DNA of 64,000 nucleotides from Clostridia bacterium (GTDB lineage: Bacteria > Bacillota > Clostridia > RUG12999): the NCBI GenBank assembly GCA_017396395.1, contig JAFQMF010000018.1, forward strand, positions 25,945 to 89,944. Direction: 5' to 3'. Made by a program: the position numbers and the translations under genes. Numbering within the stretch: position 1 is the stretch's first letter; each line of letters opens with the position of its first letter. This document shows, one piece after another, positions 29,030 through 39,233 of this stretch. The notes beneath the pieces are model-generated. The model saw only the letters and a list, made by a program, of their open reading frames with translations, ran no database searches and was not told the origin of the DNA.

Positions 29030-29478
29030 TTCTTTTCCTCCAATGCCTTTTGTACACTTCCAAGTATTCCATTGGCATAAGCACCTGCCTGGGGAGAATC
29101 GTAGGTTTTAACAATTTCCACAATTTCGTTTATGGTAACTCCTGCAGGAATATCATCCATATAAAGCATTTCGCAAAGAGCAAGTCTGATACAAGCAAGA
29201 CATACTTTGGAAAGTCTGTCTTTTTTCCATCCCTTTGCATTTTTTTCTAAAATTTCATCAATGGCATCAAGATTGTTTTTAACTCCCTGAAATGCATTTT
29301 GTATATATTCCTTATCACAATCTTTAAATTGCATTTTCACAAGATTTTCAATCTGCTCAAACTTTTCCTCACAGCCGTACTGCCACTCAAAAATATATTT
29401 AAAGGCAACGTCCCTTGCAAGGCGTCTGTTAAATTTCAACTCTCCGCTTTCTGTATATAACTCAATTATATTTTCCAT
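29026..29478 (-). CDS. nusB: transcription antitermination factor NusB
   Basis: 150 aa. RRLARDVAFKYIF..., typical NusB helical fold pattern. Confidence 0.85.
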   Translation of the reverse strand: MENIIELYTESGELKFNRRLARDVAFKYIFEWQYGCEEKFEQIENLVKMQFKDCDKEYIQNAFQGVKNNLDAIDEILEKNAKGWKKDRLSKVCLACIRLALCEMLYMDDIPAGVTINEIVEIVKTYDSPQAGAYANGILGSVQKALEEKK

Positions 29479-29493
29479 AAATGTAACTCCTAT

Positions 29494-29553
29494 AAATAAA
29501 AAAGGGCATTGCAGACTTATCTTTTAAATTTTCAAAGTGTAGTTGCAATGCCC
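29494..29553 (-). terminator. terminator after the asp23-family gene
   Basis: GGGCATTGCA ... TGCAATGCCC stem (29504-29553) followed on the minus strand by TTTTTTATTTAT. Confidence 0.6.
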
Positions 29554-29587
29554 GCTAAATTTTATGGCTGATTTTTAAAGAACAATT

Positions 29588-30019
29588 TTACTTTTCCTCG
29601 GTAACATCAATATCGATTATTTCTGCCGGAGTTTCCTGTGCCACAGCAACAGACTGGGTATCCTCAGTAAAATCAATTCCTTCAACACTTACGTTTACCT
29701 TTTCCACAGTAAGTCCTGCAACCGATTCAATAATTAATTTAACATTTTCCTGAACTCTCCATGCAACCTCAGGGATTTTTACTCCGTATTTAACCTTAAC
29801 ATGAAGTGTAACTGTAGCAAGTCCGTCCTTCATTTCAACATCAATACCTTTAGAGCTGTCTCTTTTTCCCAGAACGGCAGCGGTAATATTACCAACAATT
29901 CCCCCTGTCATGCCTGCAATTCCCTCAATTTCTTTTGCAGCCTTTGCCGCTAAAGTTGCTATAACTTCATCTGAAATTTTAATATCGCCGGTATAATCAT
30001 TTTCGTAATTTTTATCCAT
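29588..30019 (-). CDS. Asp23/Gls24 family envelope stress protein
   Basis: 143 aa. ISDEVIATLAAKAAKEIEGI.., Asp23 family pattern. Confidence 0.8.
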   Translation of the reverse strand: MDKNYENDYTGDIKISDEVIATLAAKAAKEIEGIAGMTGGIVGNITAAVLGKRDSSKGIDVEMKDGLATVTLHVKVKYGVKIPEVAWRVQENVKLIIESVAGLTVEKVNVSVEGIDFTEDTQSVAVAQETPAEIIDIDVTEEK

Positions 30020-30344
30020 ACTGAAAAACCTCCGTTTCAGAATATTTTAAATTTAAAAAGCCCTGCAGCTTAACTATATATATTATATCACTGTTTTTAT
30101 AAAAAATCAATAGTTTTGCCTATTATTTATTCTTATTATTACAGCCATATTACTTTTTATCATTCCTGATTTTTCTATTGCTTTTTAGGGAAATCTGTGG
30201 TATAATGATAATGCTTTTACACTAATTTTCTACTATACAAATTATCAGTGTTTTTGTTACATAAATCAATACTTGTTTTTACACTTTTTTGAATATGAAA
30301 TTTTTGCTTTTTTAAAAAATAAGCTGTAAAATTTCATAGAAAGG

Positions 30345-33300
30345 ATGGGGATAATTATGAAAAAAAGACTTCTTTCCACACTTTTGGTAATCAGTATGCT
30401 GTTTTCAGCTTTAACTGTTATGGCGGACACTGAGGCTACCGCTTCTGGCGCTGTTACTGCCACAGCTTCTGATGCTCAGCCTGAGACTGAAACTTCTGAA
30501 GTAATTCCGGCACCCTTCCCTGATGTTCCTTCAGATAACGCTAATGTTAAGGCTATAGCCTACGCAAAGGATTCAGGCCTTATGGTGGGCTATACTGATG
30601 GTAACTTTTTACCCTGGAGAAATGTTACAAGGGCTGAATTTATAAAAATCCTTATTGAAAAGGATGGAGGGGTAGCAAATATTCCCGACAATGTTTTAAC
30701 AGGATTTTATGATGTAGATACTTCACCCAGACACTGGGCTTACAAGTATATATACGCAGGAGTACAAAAGGGATATCTTCTTGGTATGGGAGACGGCTCT
30801 TTTGCACCTGAGAATACTATTACATATGAACAGGCAATGAAAATTTTTGTTTGCTATACAGGCAGAGAAATTGCCGCACAGGCAAAGGTTTCTCCCTTTA
30901 TACCCCTTTGGCCTACTGCATATGTGCTTACAGGTGAGCAGTTAGGACTTAGCTCTGGTGTAAACCTTAGTGTAGGAAGCCCTGTTGACAGAAGCTTTAC
31001 AGCACAGTTTTTCTATAACCTTAATGAGGTGTTTAAACCAGGTAATAACGTAGTTCCCATAGTTCCAAGCGGAGGCGGAGGGGACTTTAGCGGAGGCGGA
31101 GGAGATGACAACACTGAATACCAGCGTGCTTATGGTGTTGTTGTTGCTGTTCCGGGAATTTGTATTGATACTGATTGTGACTCTATTTTGGAAGACCTTC
31201 CTTATATCTACATAAAAACTACTGATACAGAAGGAAACACAAGCTATCTTAAGCTTCGTGCACCTTCATCAGGAAGCACAAACCCTTATAAAAAATATCT
31301 TGGCTATAATGTAACCGCAAAGTATTTTGAAAACGGCAAGTACGACGCTCTTCATAATCCTATTTTGGAAATAGCACAGGACGGATTAAAAGCTGACGAA
31401 AATAAAGTTATTACATTAGCTGATAAGGATATTGTGCGGTCAGAAACAACCGAAGACTGTATTGTTTACAAAGCAGAAAACAAAAAGAAGGAAATTGAAC
31501 TTCCTGCAAATCTTGATGACCTTGCTGTAGTGTATAACGGTGTGCCTCTTAATCAGGACCATAAGCCTGCAGACTATACAAGCGGTGACCCTTATGTAAC
31601 TCTTGCCGACCTTATCCCTGAAAGAGGAACTATGACCTATATTAACAGAGATTCAGGTCCTATTGAGGTTGCAATAATTGAGTCTTATGATATTATTATG
31701 AACAAAAACGGTTATTCCTCTGCAGGAGAAATAATAGATAAGCACTCTAATAAAAGATATGTTGCAGACCAGGACAAGCTTGTTACATATTTAAATACTC
31801 TTTATGCAGGCAGCAGAACCTTTACTGGAAATGATGTAAAGGTGGAAATTTACAACAAGAAAAATCCTGATAGTCTTATTGCATATTCTTCTCTTAATAG
31901 AGATGATATTTTAACAGTTTATTCATCCAAAGATAAAACACACCTTAAGGTTATTGTAAGCAGAGATATATTAGGTAATTCGGGCGGTGTAAAGGTTACA
32001 GGCGGTTATGCTAGTGACAACACTGTGCGTCTTGCAGGTGTAGAATATGAAATGAGTTATTATTTACAGGTTGTTGCCGACTATGAAAATATTATAAATT
32101 TCACAGAATTTTTCCCACAGGGAGAAAAGATAACAGCTCATCTTGATTCTTTTGGTAAAATTGCTTATGTTAAGGTAAATGAGCCTACCTATATTTACGG
32201 ATATTTGTATGATATTGATTATGAACAAGGTTCTTCTGCTGACAGGTCTTGGTTCAATATGTACATCATCACAAAAACAAACATAAATAATACCGACCAG
32301 CAGACCCATGTGTTTACTCCCTTATCAGGCAAGCTTAGAATAGGAGGTACCAGTTACAATTACTCTCTTTATGATGAGCTTGAAGCTTTAATTAAAGCAA
32401 ATGCAACTGCCATAAATGAAGGTAAGTCATCCACTATAACAAAAAATGCAACCTATGCTCAGCCTGTTAGAATCGAGCTGGCAGACGGCGATACAAGTAA
32501 AATCAAATCAATGGTGCTTATTCCTCCTGCTGAAAAGTTTACAACGGTATCCAGCAAGGGCGGAGCATCAAGAAAACTTGTTTTCCCCTCCGGTACAAGC
32601 TATACTATACCCTCTACAGCTACAATATTCAGCGTGCCGGATGACAGAGCAGATTTTGAAAGCTACTCTATTGCAACAACTATAACCCAGCATAAGATTT
32701 ACAACGCTGAGCTTTACAAGGAAACAACATCTACCGGCTCTGTGCTTAATAATTGTGTTGTTTTGTATGACGAGGGACTTAACGCAATGCCTACTGTTTC
32801 CTCTTCTCTTTGCGTAGTAAAGAACATTACTGAAATCAGAAATGACGATTTTGATACGGAATGTTTAATTGAAACCTATACTCCTACCTCCTCTACAAGC
32901 GGTGCTCTTGTTAACTATGTAATCAAAGGTACTATAGATACCCTTGTTGCAGTAAATACTTCCGAAAGAGTTGAAGTAGGCGATGTTATTACCTTTGGTA
33001 AAGAATCCAATTACAAGGAAACCACCGTTGATGGAGTTAAAGCGTACAGATATATTAAGAATATTCATCATGTGCTTGATATAAGTGACAGAGAAAATTA
33101 TGGCTTTAATCAGGGAAGAAACGAAAGCGGTGATGTAACCAATTCAAATTCTTCTTATTACTGGTATCGTTTCGGACAGATTACCCAAATTGATAAGGTT
33201 AATAATATTGTCGTAATGGACGCTGACCAGGAACAGCCTATTGAATTTACAGACTTTGGAAGCTTTATTAAAAACGCTAAGCCTATATTTGCTTATGATG

Positions 33301-34424
33301 ATGTAGATAAAGACGAATTGGGAGTAGCTCAATATTCGCACATTAAAACCACTAATGAGCCACCCCTTAACGAGCCTGCTAATTTTACTTTTACTGATGG
33401 TGCGCGGGAAGGCGATTTGATGTTCTTATTTACCAAAACTACCAGTAAAACTGTTTATCTGGCTTATGTAATTCCAAATGTAGTTATTGATAAATATTAT
33501 CCTGCAGATGCAAGCAGTGCAACATATTCTGATATTACCTTTAATGTTACACCCGCTGATGCAACTGTTACTCTTGATGGAATTTCCAGACAGGCAGAGG
33601 GTGGTACTGTAACCTTTGAAAATATTCAAAGCGGAATACATTACTATTCTGTCTCTGCTGAAGGCTACAAATCTGAGTCAGATATACGAATCAGGGTAAG
33701 AAAAGATGAACCCACTATTTCATATACAGTAAATCTTGACCGTGATGTGGTGGATGTGAGATTTAAAGTGAAACCAGGTAATGCAACTGTTACTCTTGGC
33801 AGTCAGTCCAAAACAGGTAACGGTGGAGCAAATGACAGAAAAAATATTGTTTTCTCAGGTATTGAGGTGGGTCAGACACTTACCTATACCATTACTGCAT
33901 CCGGATATTATGAACAATCAGGTTCTATTGTTACCTCCACCAATATGGATGATATAGAAATTACTTTATCTGTTATTAAATCTGATATTACATTTACTGT
34001 TCCTGAAGGGGCATCAGTTGAGTTTAATAATACAACCTTAGTAGCTGATTCAAGCGGTCAGGTTGTGTTTGAGCGTGTGACTTACGGCGAACATAGTTAT
34101 ACTGTAACACATCCTGATTATCTTGATGCCACAGGCAGCGTAATTGTTGGAGAAGACGACCAGACTGTTCCTGTTTCTATGACCAGAGTTTATACTTTAA
34201 CCGTTAATGTAACAGGAGATGGATCTTTCCCCATTGAGGTTTTTACAGTTAACCTTGGAAACGGAAACATTTCTCTGGAAGGAACATCAGGTAATATAAC
34301 AGGTCTTCAGGCAGGAGATTACAGCTATATCATTTATGCTGAAGGTTATGAAAATGCTGTTGGAAATATTACTATCAGCGATGATGACCAGCTTAACATT
34401 ACCCTTGCATTAATATCAGAATAA
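30345..34424 (+). CDS. large secreted cell-wall protein with N-terminal SLH domains and four C-terminal PEGA-like repeats
   Basis: 1359 aa. Signal peptide (KKRLLSTLLVISMLFSALTVMA; the second ATG at 30357 may be the true start). SLH modules about 30513-31030, Gly-rich linker GGGGDFSGGGGDD, roughly 800 aa unassigned, then four ~70-aa repeats. Confidence 0.8.
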   Translation: MGIIMKKRLLSTLLVISMLFSALTVMADTEATASGAVTATASDAQPETETSEVIPAPFPDVPSDNANVKAIAYAKDSGLMVGYTDGNFLPWRNVTRAEFIKILIEKDGGVANIPDNVLTGFYDVDTSPRHWAYKYIYAGVQKGYLLGMGDGSFAPENTITYEQAMKIFVCYTGREIAAQAKVSPFIPLWPTAYVLTGEQLGLSSGVNLSVGSPVDRSFTAQFFYNLNEVFKPGNNVVPIVPSGGGGDFSGGGGDDNTEYQRAYGVVVAVPGICIDTDCDSILEDLPYIYIKTTDTEGNTSYLKLRAPSSGSTNPYKKYLGYNVTAKYFENGKYDALHNPILEIAQDGLKADENKVITLADKDIVRSETTEDCIVYKAENKKKEIELPANLDDLAVVYNGVPLNQDHKPADYTSGDPYVTLADLIPERGTMTYINRDSGPIEVAIIESYDIIMNKNGYSSAGEIIDKHSNKRYVADQDKLVTYLNTLYAGSRTFTGNDVKVEIYNKKNPDSLIAYSSLNRDDILTVYSSKDKTHLKVIVSRDILGNSGGVKVTGGYASDNTVRLAGVEYEMSYYLQVVADYENIINFTEFFPQGEKITAHLDSFGKIAYVKVNEPTYIYGYLYDIDYEQGSSADRSWFNMYIITKTNINNTDQQTHVFTPLSGKLRIGGTSYNYSLYDELEALIKANATAINEGKSSTITKNATYAQPVRIELADGDTSKIKSMVLIPPAEKFTTVSSKGGASRKLVFPSGTSYTIPSTATIFSVPDDRADFESYSIATTITQHKIYNAELYKETTSTGSVLNNCVVLYDEGLNAMPTVSSSLCVVKNITEIRNDDFDTECLIETYTPTSSTSGALVNYVIKGTIDTLVAVNTSERVEVGDVITFGKESNYKETTVDGVKAYRYIKNIHHVLDISDRENYGFNQGRNESGDVTNSNSSYYWYRFGQITQIDKVNNIVVMDADQEQPIEFTDFGSFIKNAKPIFAYDDVDKDELGVAQYSHIKTTNEPPLNEPANFTFTDGAREGDLMFLFTKTTSKTVYLAYVIPNVVIDKYYPADASSATYSDITFNVTPADATVTLDGISRQAEGGTVTFENIQSGIHYYSVSAEGYKSESDIRIRVRKDEPTISYTVNLDRDVVDVRFKVKPGNATVTLGSQSKTGNGGANDRKNIVFSGIEVGQTLTYTITASGYYEQSGSIVTSTNMDDIEITLSVIKSDITFTVPEGASVEFNNTTLVADSSGQVVFERVTYGEHSYTVTHPDYLDATGSVIVGEDDQTVPVSMTRVYTLTVNVTGDGSFPIEVFTVNLGNGNISLEGTSGNITGLQAGDYSYIIYAEGYENAVGNITISDDDQLNITLALISE
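33525..34400 (+). repeat. four tandem ~70-aa Ig/PEGA-like modules (protein-level repeat)
   Basis: ITFNVTPADATVTLDG.., VRFKVKPGNATVTLG.., ITFTVPEGASVEFNN.., LTVNVTGDG..; each ends in a Y.Y...A.GY... block. Confidence 0.65.
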
Positions 34425-34436
34425 TTTAAAACTACA

Positions 34437-34465
34437 GGGCATACAATTTTATATATTGTATGCCC
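34437..34465 (+). terminator. hairpin after the SLH protein gene
   Basis: GGGCATACAA-ttttatata-TTGTATGCCC. The downstream T-run is weak. Confidence 0.5.
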
Positions 34466-34491
34466 AAGTTTAAAAAAAGAAGGCGAAATAA

Positions 34492-35397
34492 ATGACTAAA
34501 GACGACGTTTTAAACAAGGTTATAAAAGAAATGACAGCAGTGTCAGGAAGTGAGCCACTTTTCACATCAAGGTTTAACAAAAAGATGCCCTCCAAGGATG
34601 CAATTATAAAAATAATTGACCAGATTAGAAAAATTATTTTCCCTGGATATTTTGACGATGCCTGCATTAAAAATGATGAATACTGTCTTGGCTACAGCAT
34701 ATCAAATGTATATGAACAGCTTTATACTCAGGTAAGAGCCGCTATGTACTATACGGGAAGCTTTAAAAACCCTGACACCTGTGCTGAGAAGGTATGTAAC
34801 AGCTTTTTTGAAAACCTTCCCAAGGTTCAGCAACTTCTTTTAAAGGATATTAAAGCAGGCTTTGATGGCGACCCTGCTGCAAAAAGTATGGAGGAAATTA
34901 TTTATTCCTATCCTGGACTTCTTGCAATTTATGTATATAGAATTGCTCATATTCTTTATACTTCAAATGTTCCGCTTATTCCAAGAATTATGACGGAATA
35001 TGCTCACAGCCTTACAGGAATTGATATTAACTCAGGTGCAGAAATTGGCGAATATTTCTTTATTGACCACGGTACAGGTGTTGTAATCGGGGAAACAACA
35101 CATATCGGAAATAATGTTAAGCTGTATCAGGGAGTTACACTTGGTGCTCTTTCTACCCGAAGCGGTCAACAGCTTGCAGGAGTTAAAAGACATCCTACAA
35201 TATGCGATAATGTAACTATTTACGCAGGCTCTACCATTTTAGGAGGAGAAACTGTAATCGGTGAAAATACCATTATTGGCGGTAACTGTTTTATTACAGC
35301 GTCCGTCCCTGAAAACTCCAAGGTAAGCAACAAGCCCTCTGAGCTTATTGTAAAACCAAGAAAAATGCCAAAAACTCCTAAAGATTGGGAAATATAG
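34492..35397 (+). CDS. cysE: serine O-acetyltransferase (long form)
   Basis: 301 aa. Left-handed beta-helix hexapeptide repeats (GAEIGEYFFIDHGTGVVIGETTHIGNNVKLYQGVTLG). Confidence 0.8.
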   Translation: MTKDDVLNKVIKEMTAVSGSEPLFTSRFNKKMPSKDAIIKIIDQIRKIIFPGYFDDACIKNDEYCLGYSISNVYEQLYTQVRAAMYYTGSFKNPDTCAEKVCNSFFENLPKVQQLLLKDIKAGFDGDPAAKSMEEIIYSYPGLLAIYVYRIAHILYTSNVPLIPRIMTEYAHSLTGIDINSGAEIGEYFFIDHGTGVVIGETTHIGNNVKLYQGVTLGALSTRSGQQLAGVKRHPTICDNVTIYAGSTILGGETVIGENTIIGGNCFITASVPENSKVSNKPSELIVKPRKMPKTPKDWEI

Positions 35398-35426
35398 TTG
35401 ACAAAAATATTTTTTTGTAGTAAAAT
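35398..35426 (+). promoter_or_regulatory. sigma-A type promoter of the thiT leader
   Basis: TTGACA (35398-35403), 17 nt, TAAAAT (35421-35426). Confidence 0.55.
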
Positions 35427-35447
35427 AAATAATAGAAAACTGAATAA

Positions 35448-35608
35448 GACCACAGGGGAGCTATATGCTGAGAGGAAACCTTAAGGTTTCGACCCTTAAC
35501 CTGATTTGGATAATGCCAACGTAGGGATGTAGTTAAAAATCTTTTAAAATAAATAAAAATGATTTATTTATACCGAAAGACCCTATTTTGTGCGTCTTTC
35601 GGTTTTTT
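35448..35608 (+). promoter_or_regulatory. TPP (THI-box) riboswitch with terminator expression platform
   Basis: CACAGGGGAGC..CTGAGAG..ACCCTTAACCTGATTTGGATAATGCCAACGTAGGGA, then terminator CCGAAAGAC-N12-GTCTTTCGG plus TTTTTT (35573-35608). Confidence 0.9.
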
Positions 35609-35633
35609 ATTTATTTTGGAAGGAGTGTTATTT

Positions 35634-36305
35634 ATGAACACACAAAAAAACACAAAAAAACTCGTTGTAACAGCAGGACTTATTGCACTTGGTACTATAC
35701 TTTCCCTGCTAAAGCTGTTTGAAATGCCCTTTGGCGGTACCATAACCGTTGCCTCTATGGTACCTATACTGCTGGTAGGCTATATTTACGGAATTAAATG
35801 GGGACTTTTTTCTTCCCTTGTGTATAGCCTTTTACAGCTTGTATGCGGAATAGCTACAGGAATAGTTTCCAGAATGTTTCTCCCTGGGGATGAACAAATG
35901 GTATTATGGCAGGCAATCTCCATATGCATTTTTGATTATATTCTTGCATATGTAGCATTGGGTTTTGGGGGAATTTTCAAAGAAAAGCTTCAAAAACCTG
36001 TTTTAGAGCTTGTACTGGGAATAATTTTTTCAACCTTCCTTTGCTGGCTGATGCATACAATTTCAGGCTATATTTTCTACGGTGCATGGGCAGAGTGGTT
36101 TTTTTCTGCAGAGGATGGGCTTAGTGTTATTCCTGCCTTTAAAGGCTTTTGCAAAATGGTTATGAATAATTTTGAAGGGAAATCTCTTGCACTTTTGTAT
36201 TCTGGCATATATAACGGAATATATATGCTTGGAGAAACAATTATTTCGGTGGCTATTGCACCTATTGTTTATATCCGTCTGAAAAAGCAAAATCTTGCTG
36301 ATTAA
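35634..36305 (+). CDS. thiT: thiamine ECF transporter S component ThiT
   Basis: ATG 35634 behind GGAAGGAG. 223-aa polytopic protein directly behind the TPP riboswitch. The ORF-track start at 35559 lies inside the riboswitch terminator. Confidence 0.8.
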   Translation: MNTQKNTKKLVVTAGLIALGTILSLLKLFEMPFGGTITVASMVPILLVGYIYGIKWGLFSSLVYSLLQLVCGIATGIVSRMFLPGDEQMVLWQAISICIFDYILAYVALGFGGIFKEKLQKPVLELVLGIIFSTFLCWLMHTISGYIFYGAWAEWFFSAEDGLSVIPAFKGFCKMVMNNFEGKSLALLYSGIYNGIYMLGETIISVAIAPIVYIRLKKQNLAD

Positions 36306-36359
36306 AAAAAGACTAATTTCCCAGCTGGGGTATGCTGAAAATATATGTAAAAACAAAAC

Positions 36360-36396
36360 GGGAAGGGTGCACAACAGACCCTTCCCATTTTTATTT
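36360..36396. terminator. bidirectional terminator between thiT and the cmk-like gene
   Basis: GGGAAGGGT-gcacaacag-ACCCTTCCC followed by ATTTTTATTT. Confidence 0.75.
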
Positions 36397-36397
36397 A

Positions 36398-37006
36398 TTA
36401 TTTACTCTTAGCTATCATTTCCAGCACATCCACGCAACCTTCAATGCCTAGCTTTCCGCTGTCGAGGCAGATATTATAGTTTCCTACTGTTCCCCATTTT
36501 TTGCCCGTGTAAAAATTATAGTAGTTTGCTCGTTTTTTATCTGACCTTAAAATAAATTCTTTAATATTTTTAGACTCAATTTTATATTCTTCCTGTGCCC
36601 TTTTAATTCTGTCCTCAACATTACTGAAAATAAATGCATTTATAACATCAGGATTTTCTCTAAGCACATAATCAGCACATCTTCCTACAATTACACAGCT
36701 TTCCTTTTTTGCTATATCTTCAATTATTTCAGATTGTAATGCATAAATTTTATCATTTATAGAAAGCTCTCCATAGTTTACCATTCGGCTGGAGGTAGCA
36801 TACATACCGATAACCATTGAATATAAAAGGCTGTTTGCCGCTTCCTCATCTACTTTTTCAAAAAGCTCAGGCGAAGCTCCGCTTTTTTTAGCAGCAATGG
36901 TAATCAGCTCTTTGTCGTAATAGTTTATTCCAAGCCTTTTAGCCAGTTTTTGAGCAATTATTCTTCCACCGCTGCCAAACTGTCTGCCTATTGTAATAAT
37001 CTGCAT
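36398..37006 (-). CDS. cytidylate kinase-like family protein
   Basis: 202 aa. IITIGRQFGSGGRIIAQKLAKRLG N-terminus, typical of the cytidylate-kinase-like 2 family. Confidence 0.65.
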   Translation of the reverse strand: MQIITIGRQFGSGGRIIAQKLAKRLGINYYDKELITIAAKKSGASPELFEKVDEEAANSLLYSMVIGMYATSSRMVNYGELSINDKIYALQSEIIEDIAKKESCVIVGRCADYVLRENPDVINAFIFSNVEDRIKRAQEEYKIESKNIKEFILRSDKKRANYYNFYTGKKWGTVGNYNICLDSGKLGIEGCVDVLEMIAKSK

Positions 37007-37026
37007 ATCTTCCTGCCTTTCAAAAG

Positions 37027-39015
37027 TTATTCTTTATTTGACGCTATAATCTTTTCTGCAATATTGGCGGGTGCCTGTTCATATCTTTCAAAATCAAAGG
37101 TAAATTCACCCTGTGCTCTTGAAATAGCACGCAGGTCAATAGCATATGAATGCATTTGGGCAACAGGCACTTCTGCAGTAATTTTGCCCGGCTCCATACC
37201 TATTACTCTACCTCTTCTTTTAGTAATATCCCCCATAATATCTCCTGTGTATTCATCAGGGATAGAAACCTCAAGATGTCCTATAGGCTCTAAAATTACA
37301 GGTCCTGCATTAACAAGTTCTTTAAAGGCAATATGAGCCGCCATTTTAAAGGACATTTCAGAAGAGTCAACATCATGGTATGAACCATCTTTTAATATTG
37401 CTTTGATACCAACTACTCTGTAGCCTGCCTGAAGTCCTGTTTCCATCATTTCTTTAAGACCCTTTTCAACTGCAGGGTGGAAGCTCTTGGGTACGCTTCC
37501 GCCAAAAATCTGTTCTTCAAATACAAGTCCTTCGCTGTCTGCAGGTTCAAAATCAATAACAACATGACCATACTGACCGTGACCGCCTGACTGCTTTTTA
37601 TGTTTTCCTTCTGCGGTAATTTTACGGGTAATAGTTTCTCTGTAGGAAACCTTAGGCTCAACAGTTGTAACTTCTGTTCCCATTCCTTTAAGGCGGGAAA
37701 TAATAACATCAAGCTGTTGGTCACCCATACCTGCAATTACAGACTGGTGAGTTTCAGAATTTATATATGACTTAAAGGTCATATCTTCTTCCGCAAGCTT
37801 TGCAAGACCGCTGCTGATTTTCTCTTCGTCCCCTCTTGCCTTTGGAACAACCGCAAGAAGATAGTTAGGAACAGGGAACTGTAAAACAGGTAAAATATCC
37901 TTGTTCTTTTCAGTGCAAAGAGTATCCCCCGTACCTGTAACATCAAGCTTAGCTGTAGCACAAATATCTCCTGCTGCTGCAAAAGGTATTTCTGATTTAT
38001 CTTTTCCGCAAAGTACAATAAGCTGACCGATTTTTTCAGTTTCTTCTTTGTTTGCGTTATATACAGTTGTATTAGCCTTTAAAATGCCTGAATGTATTTT
38101 CATAATTGTAAGCTTGCCAACATAGGGGTCAACAACGGTTTTAAGCACCTGAGCTTTAAAGGGAGCATTTTCGTCACCTCTGGCTGCAGGCATATATTCA
38201 AGCAAAAGATTAAGAAGTGTTTTAATACCAACATTTAAAAGTGCACTGCCACAAGCAATAGGAATAAGAGTTTTTGCCTCAATTGCCTTTGCAATACCCA
38301 TCTTCATATCCTCTTTTGTAAAAGGACTGTCTGAGAAAAACTTTTCAAGAAGTGTTTCGTCAGCTTCAGCAATAGCTTCACAAAGCTCTGCCTTAGTATT
38401 CTGAAGTCCTGCATACATATCCTCAGGAACAGGAATTTCAGTATTTTTGCCGTCAGGGCCGTATTTGTAGGCTACACTATTTGCAACATCAATATATCCT
38501 ATAAGATTTCCGTTTTCACGAATTGGAATCATAACAGGTACGGCAGCACCGCCAAATCTCTCTTTAAGCTCTGCCACTACCTTATCAAAATCAGCATTTT
38601 CATGGTCCATTTTATTTACAAAAAACATAAGAGGAAGATTTTTTTCCTGTGCTTTTTTTACTGCAACTGCACCGCTTGCACCAATACCCGATTTACCGCT
38701 GATTACAACAAGACCGCTGTCACCAAGCTCCATTGAACTAATTCTGTCAGCAATAAAATCATAATATCCAGGAGCATCTATTAAGTTAACTTTATGGTTA
38801 TTATATTCAAAAGAGGCGATGGATAAACGGACGGACATTTTTCTTTTTATTTCTTCTGCATCAAAGTCGCAGATAGTGTTGCCCTCATCAACCTTACCCA
38901 GTCTGGATGAAATACCTGTATTATAAATCAGTGCTTCAGCAAGAGAAGTCTTTCCCGACTTATTCTTACCTATCAAACAAATATTTCTGATTTCATTTTT
39001 TTCAAAAGTTCTCAT
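37027..39015 (-). CDS. elongation factor G family GTPase (EF-G paralog)
   Basis: 662 aa. G1 GKNKSGKT, G3 DAPGYYDF, G4 NKMD; domains II-V recognisable (e.g. GDQQLDV, HDVDSSEMSFK). Confidence 0.8.
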   Translation of the reverse strand: MRTFEKNEIRNICLIGKNKSGKTSLAEALIYNTGISSRLGKVDEGNTICDFDAEEIKRKMSVRLSIASFEYNNHKVNLIDAPGYYDFIADRISSMELGDSGLVVISGKSGIGASGAVAVKKAQEKNLPLMFFVNKMDHENADFDKVVAELKERFGGAAVPVMIPIRENGNLIGYIDVANSVAYKYGPDGKNTEIPVPEDMYAGLQNTKAELCEAIAEADETLLEKFFSDSPFTKEDMKMGIAKAIEAKTLIPIACGSALLNVGIKTLLNLLLEYMPAARGDENAPFKAQVLKTVVDPYVGKLTIMKIHSGILKANTTVYNANKEETEKIGQLIVLCGKDKSEIPFAAAGDICATAKLDVTGTGDTLCTEKNKDILPVLQFPVPNYLLAVVPKARGDEEKISSGLAKLAEEDMTFKSYINSETHQSVIAGMGDQQLDVIISRLKGMGTEVTTVEPKVSYRETITRKITAEGKHKKQSGGHGQYGHVVIDFEPADSEGLVFEEQIFGGSVPKSFHPAVEKGLKEMMETGLQAGYRVVGIKAILKDGSYHDVDSSEMSFKMAAHIAFKELVNAGPVILEPIGHLEVSIPDEYTGDIMGDITKRRGRVIGMEPGKITAEVPVAQMHSYAIDLRAISRAQGEFTFDFERYEQAPANIAEKIIASNKE

Positions 39016-39204
39016 AAATGGGTTCCTCCTAAAATTTCAAGATAGTTTCTCCATACTTCCATTATACATATTATACATATTTTTGTCAATTCCTTTTATA
39101 AATTTTTACATATTGCACAAAACATATAGGTTTTTTTGTTAAATATATCTTTTATGTTTTAAATAATAGTTATTTTATGTATGTTAAGATTTTTTAAAAA
39201 AGTC

Positions 39205-39233
39205 TTGAAAAACTTTTAAATGTATTGTATAAT
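39205..39233 (+). promoter_or_regulatory. sigma-A type promoter upstream of the lipoprotein gene
   Basis: TTGAAA (39205-39210), 17 nt, TATAAT (39228-39233). Confidence 0.55.

Noticed and set aside
30266-30463. 65-aa minus-strand ORF overlapping the start of the SLH protein gene
   Set aside because: It is antisense to the 5' UTR and signal-peptide region of a strongly supported gene, and it has no RBS.
35559-35633. N-terminal extension of thiT in the ORF track
   Set aside because: It covers the riboswitch terminator hairpin and T-run. A strong RBS precedes ATG 35634.
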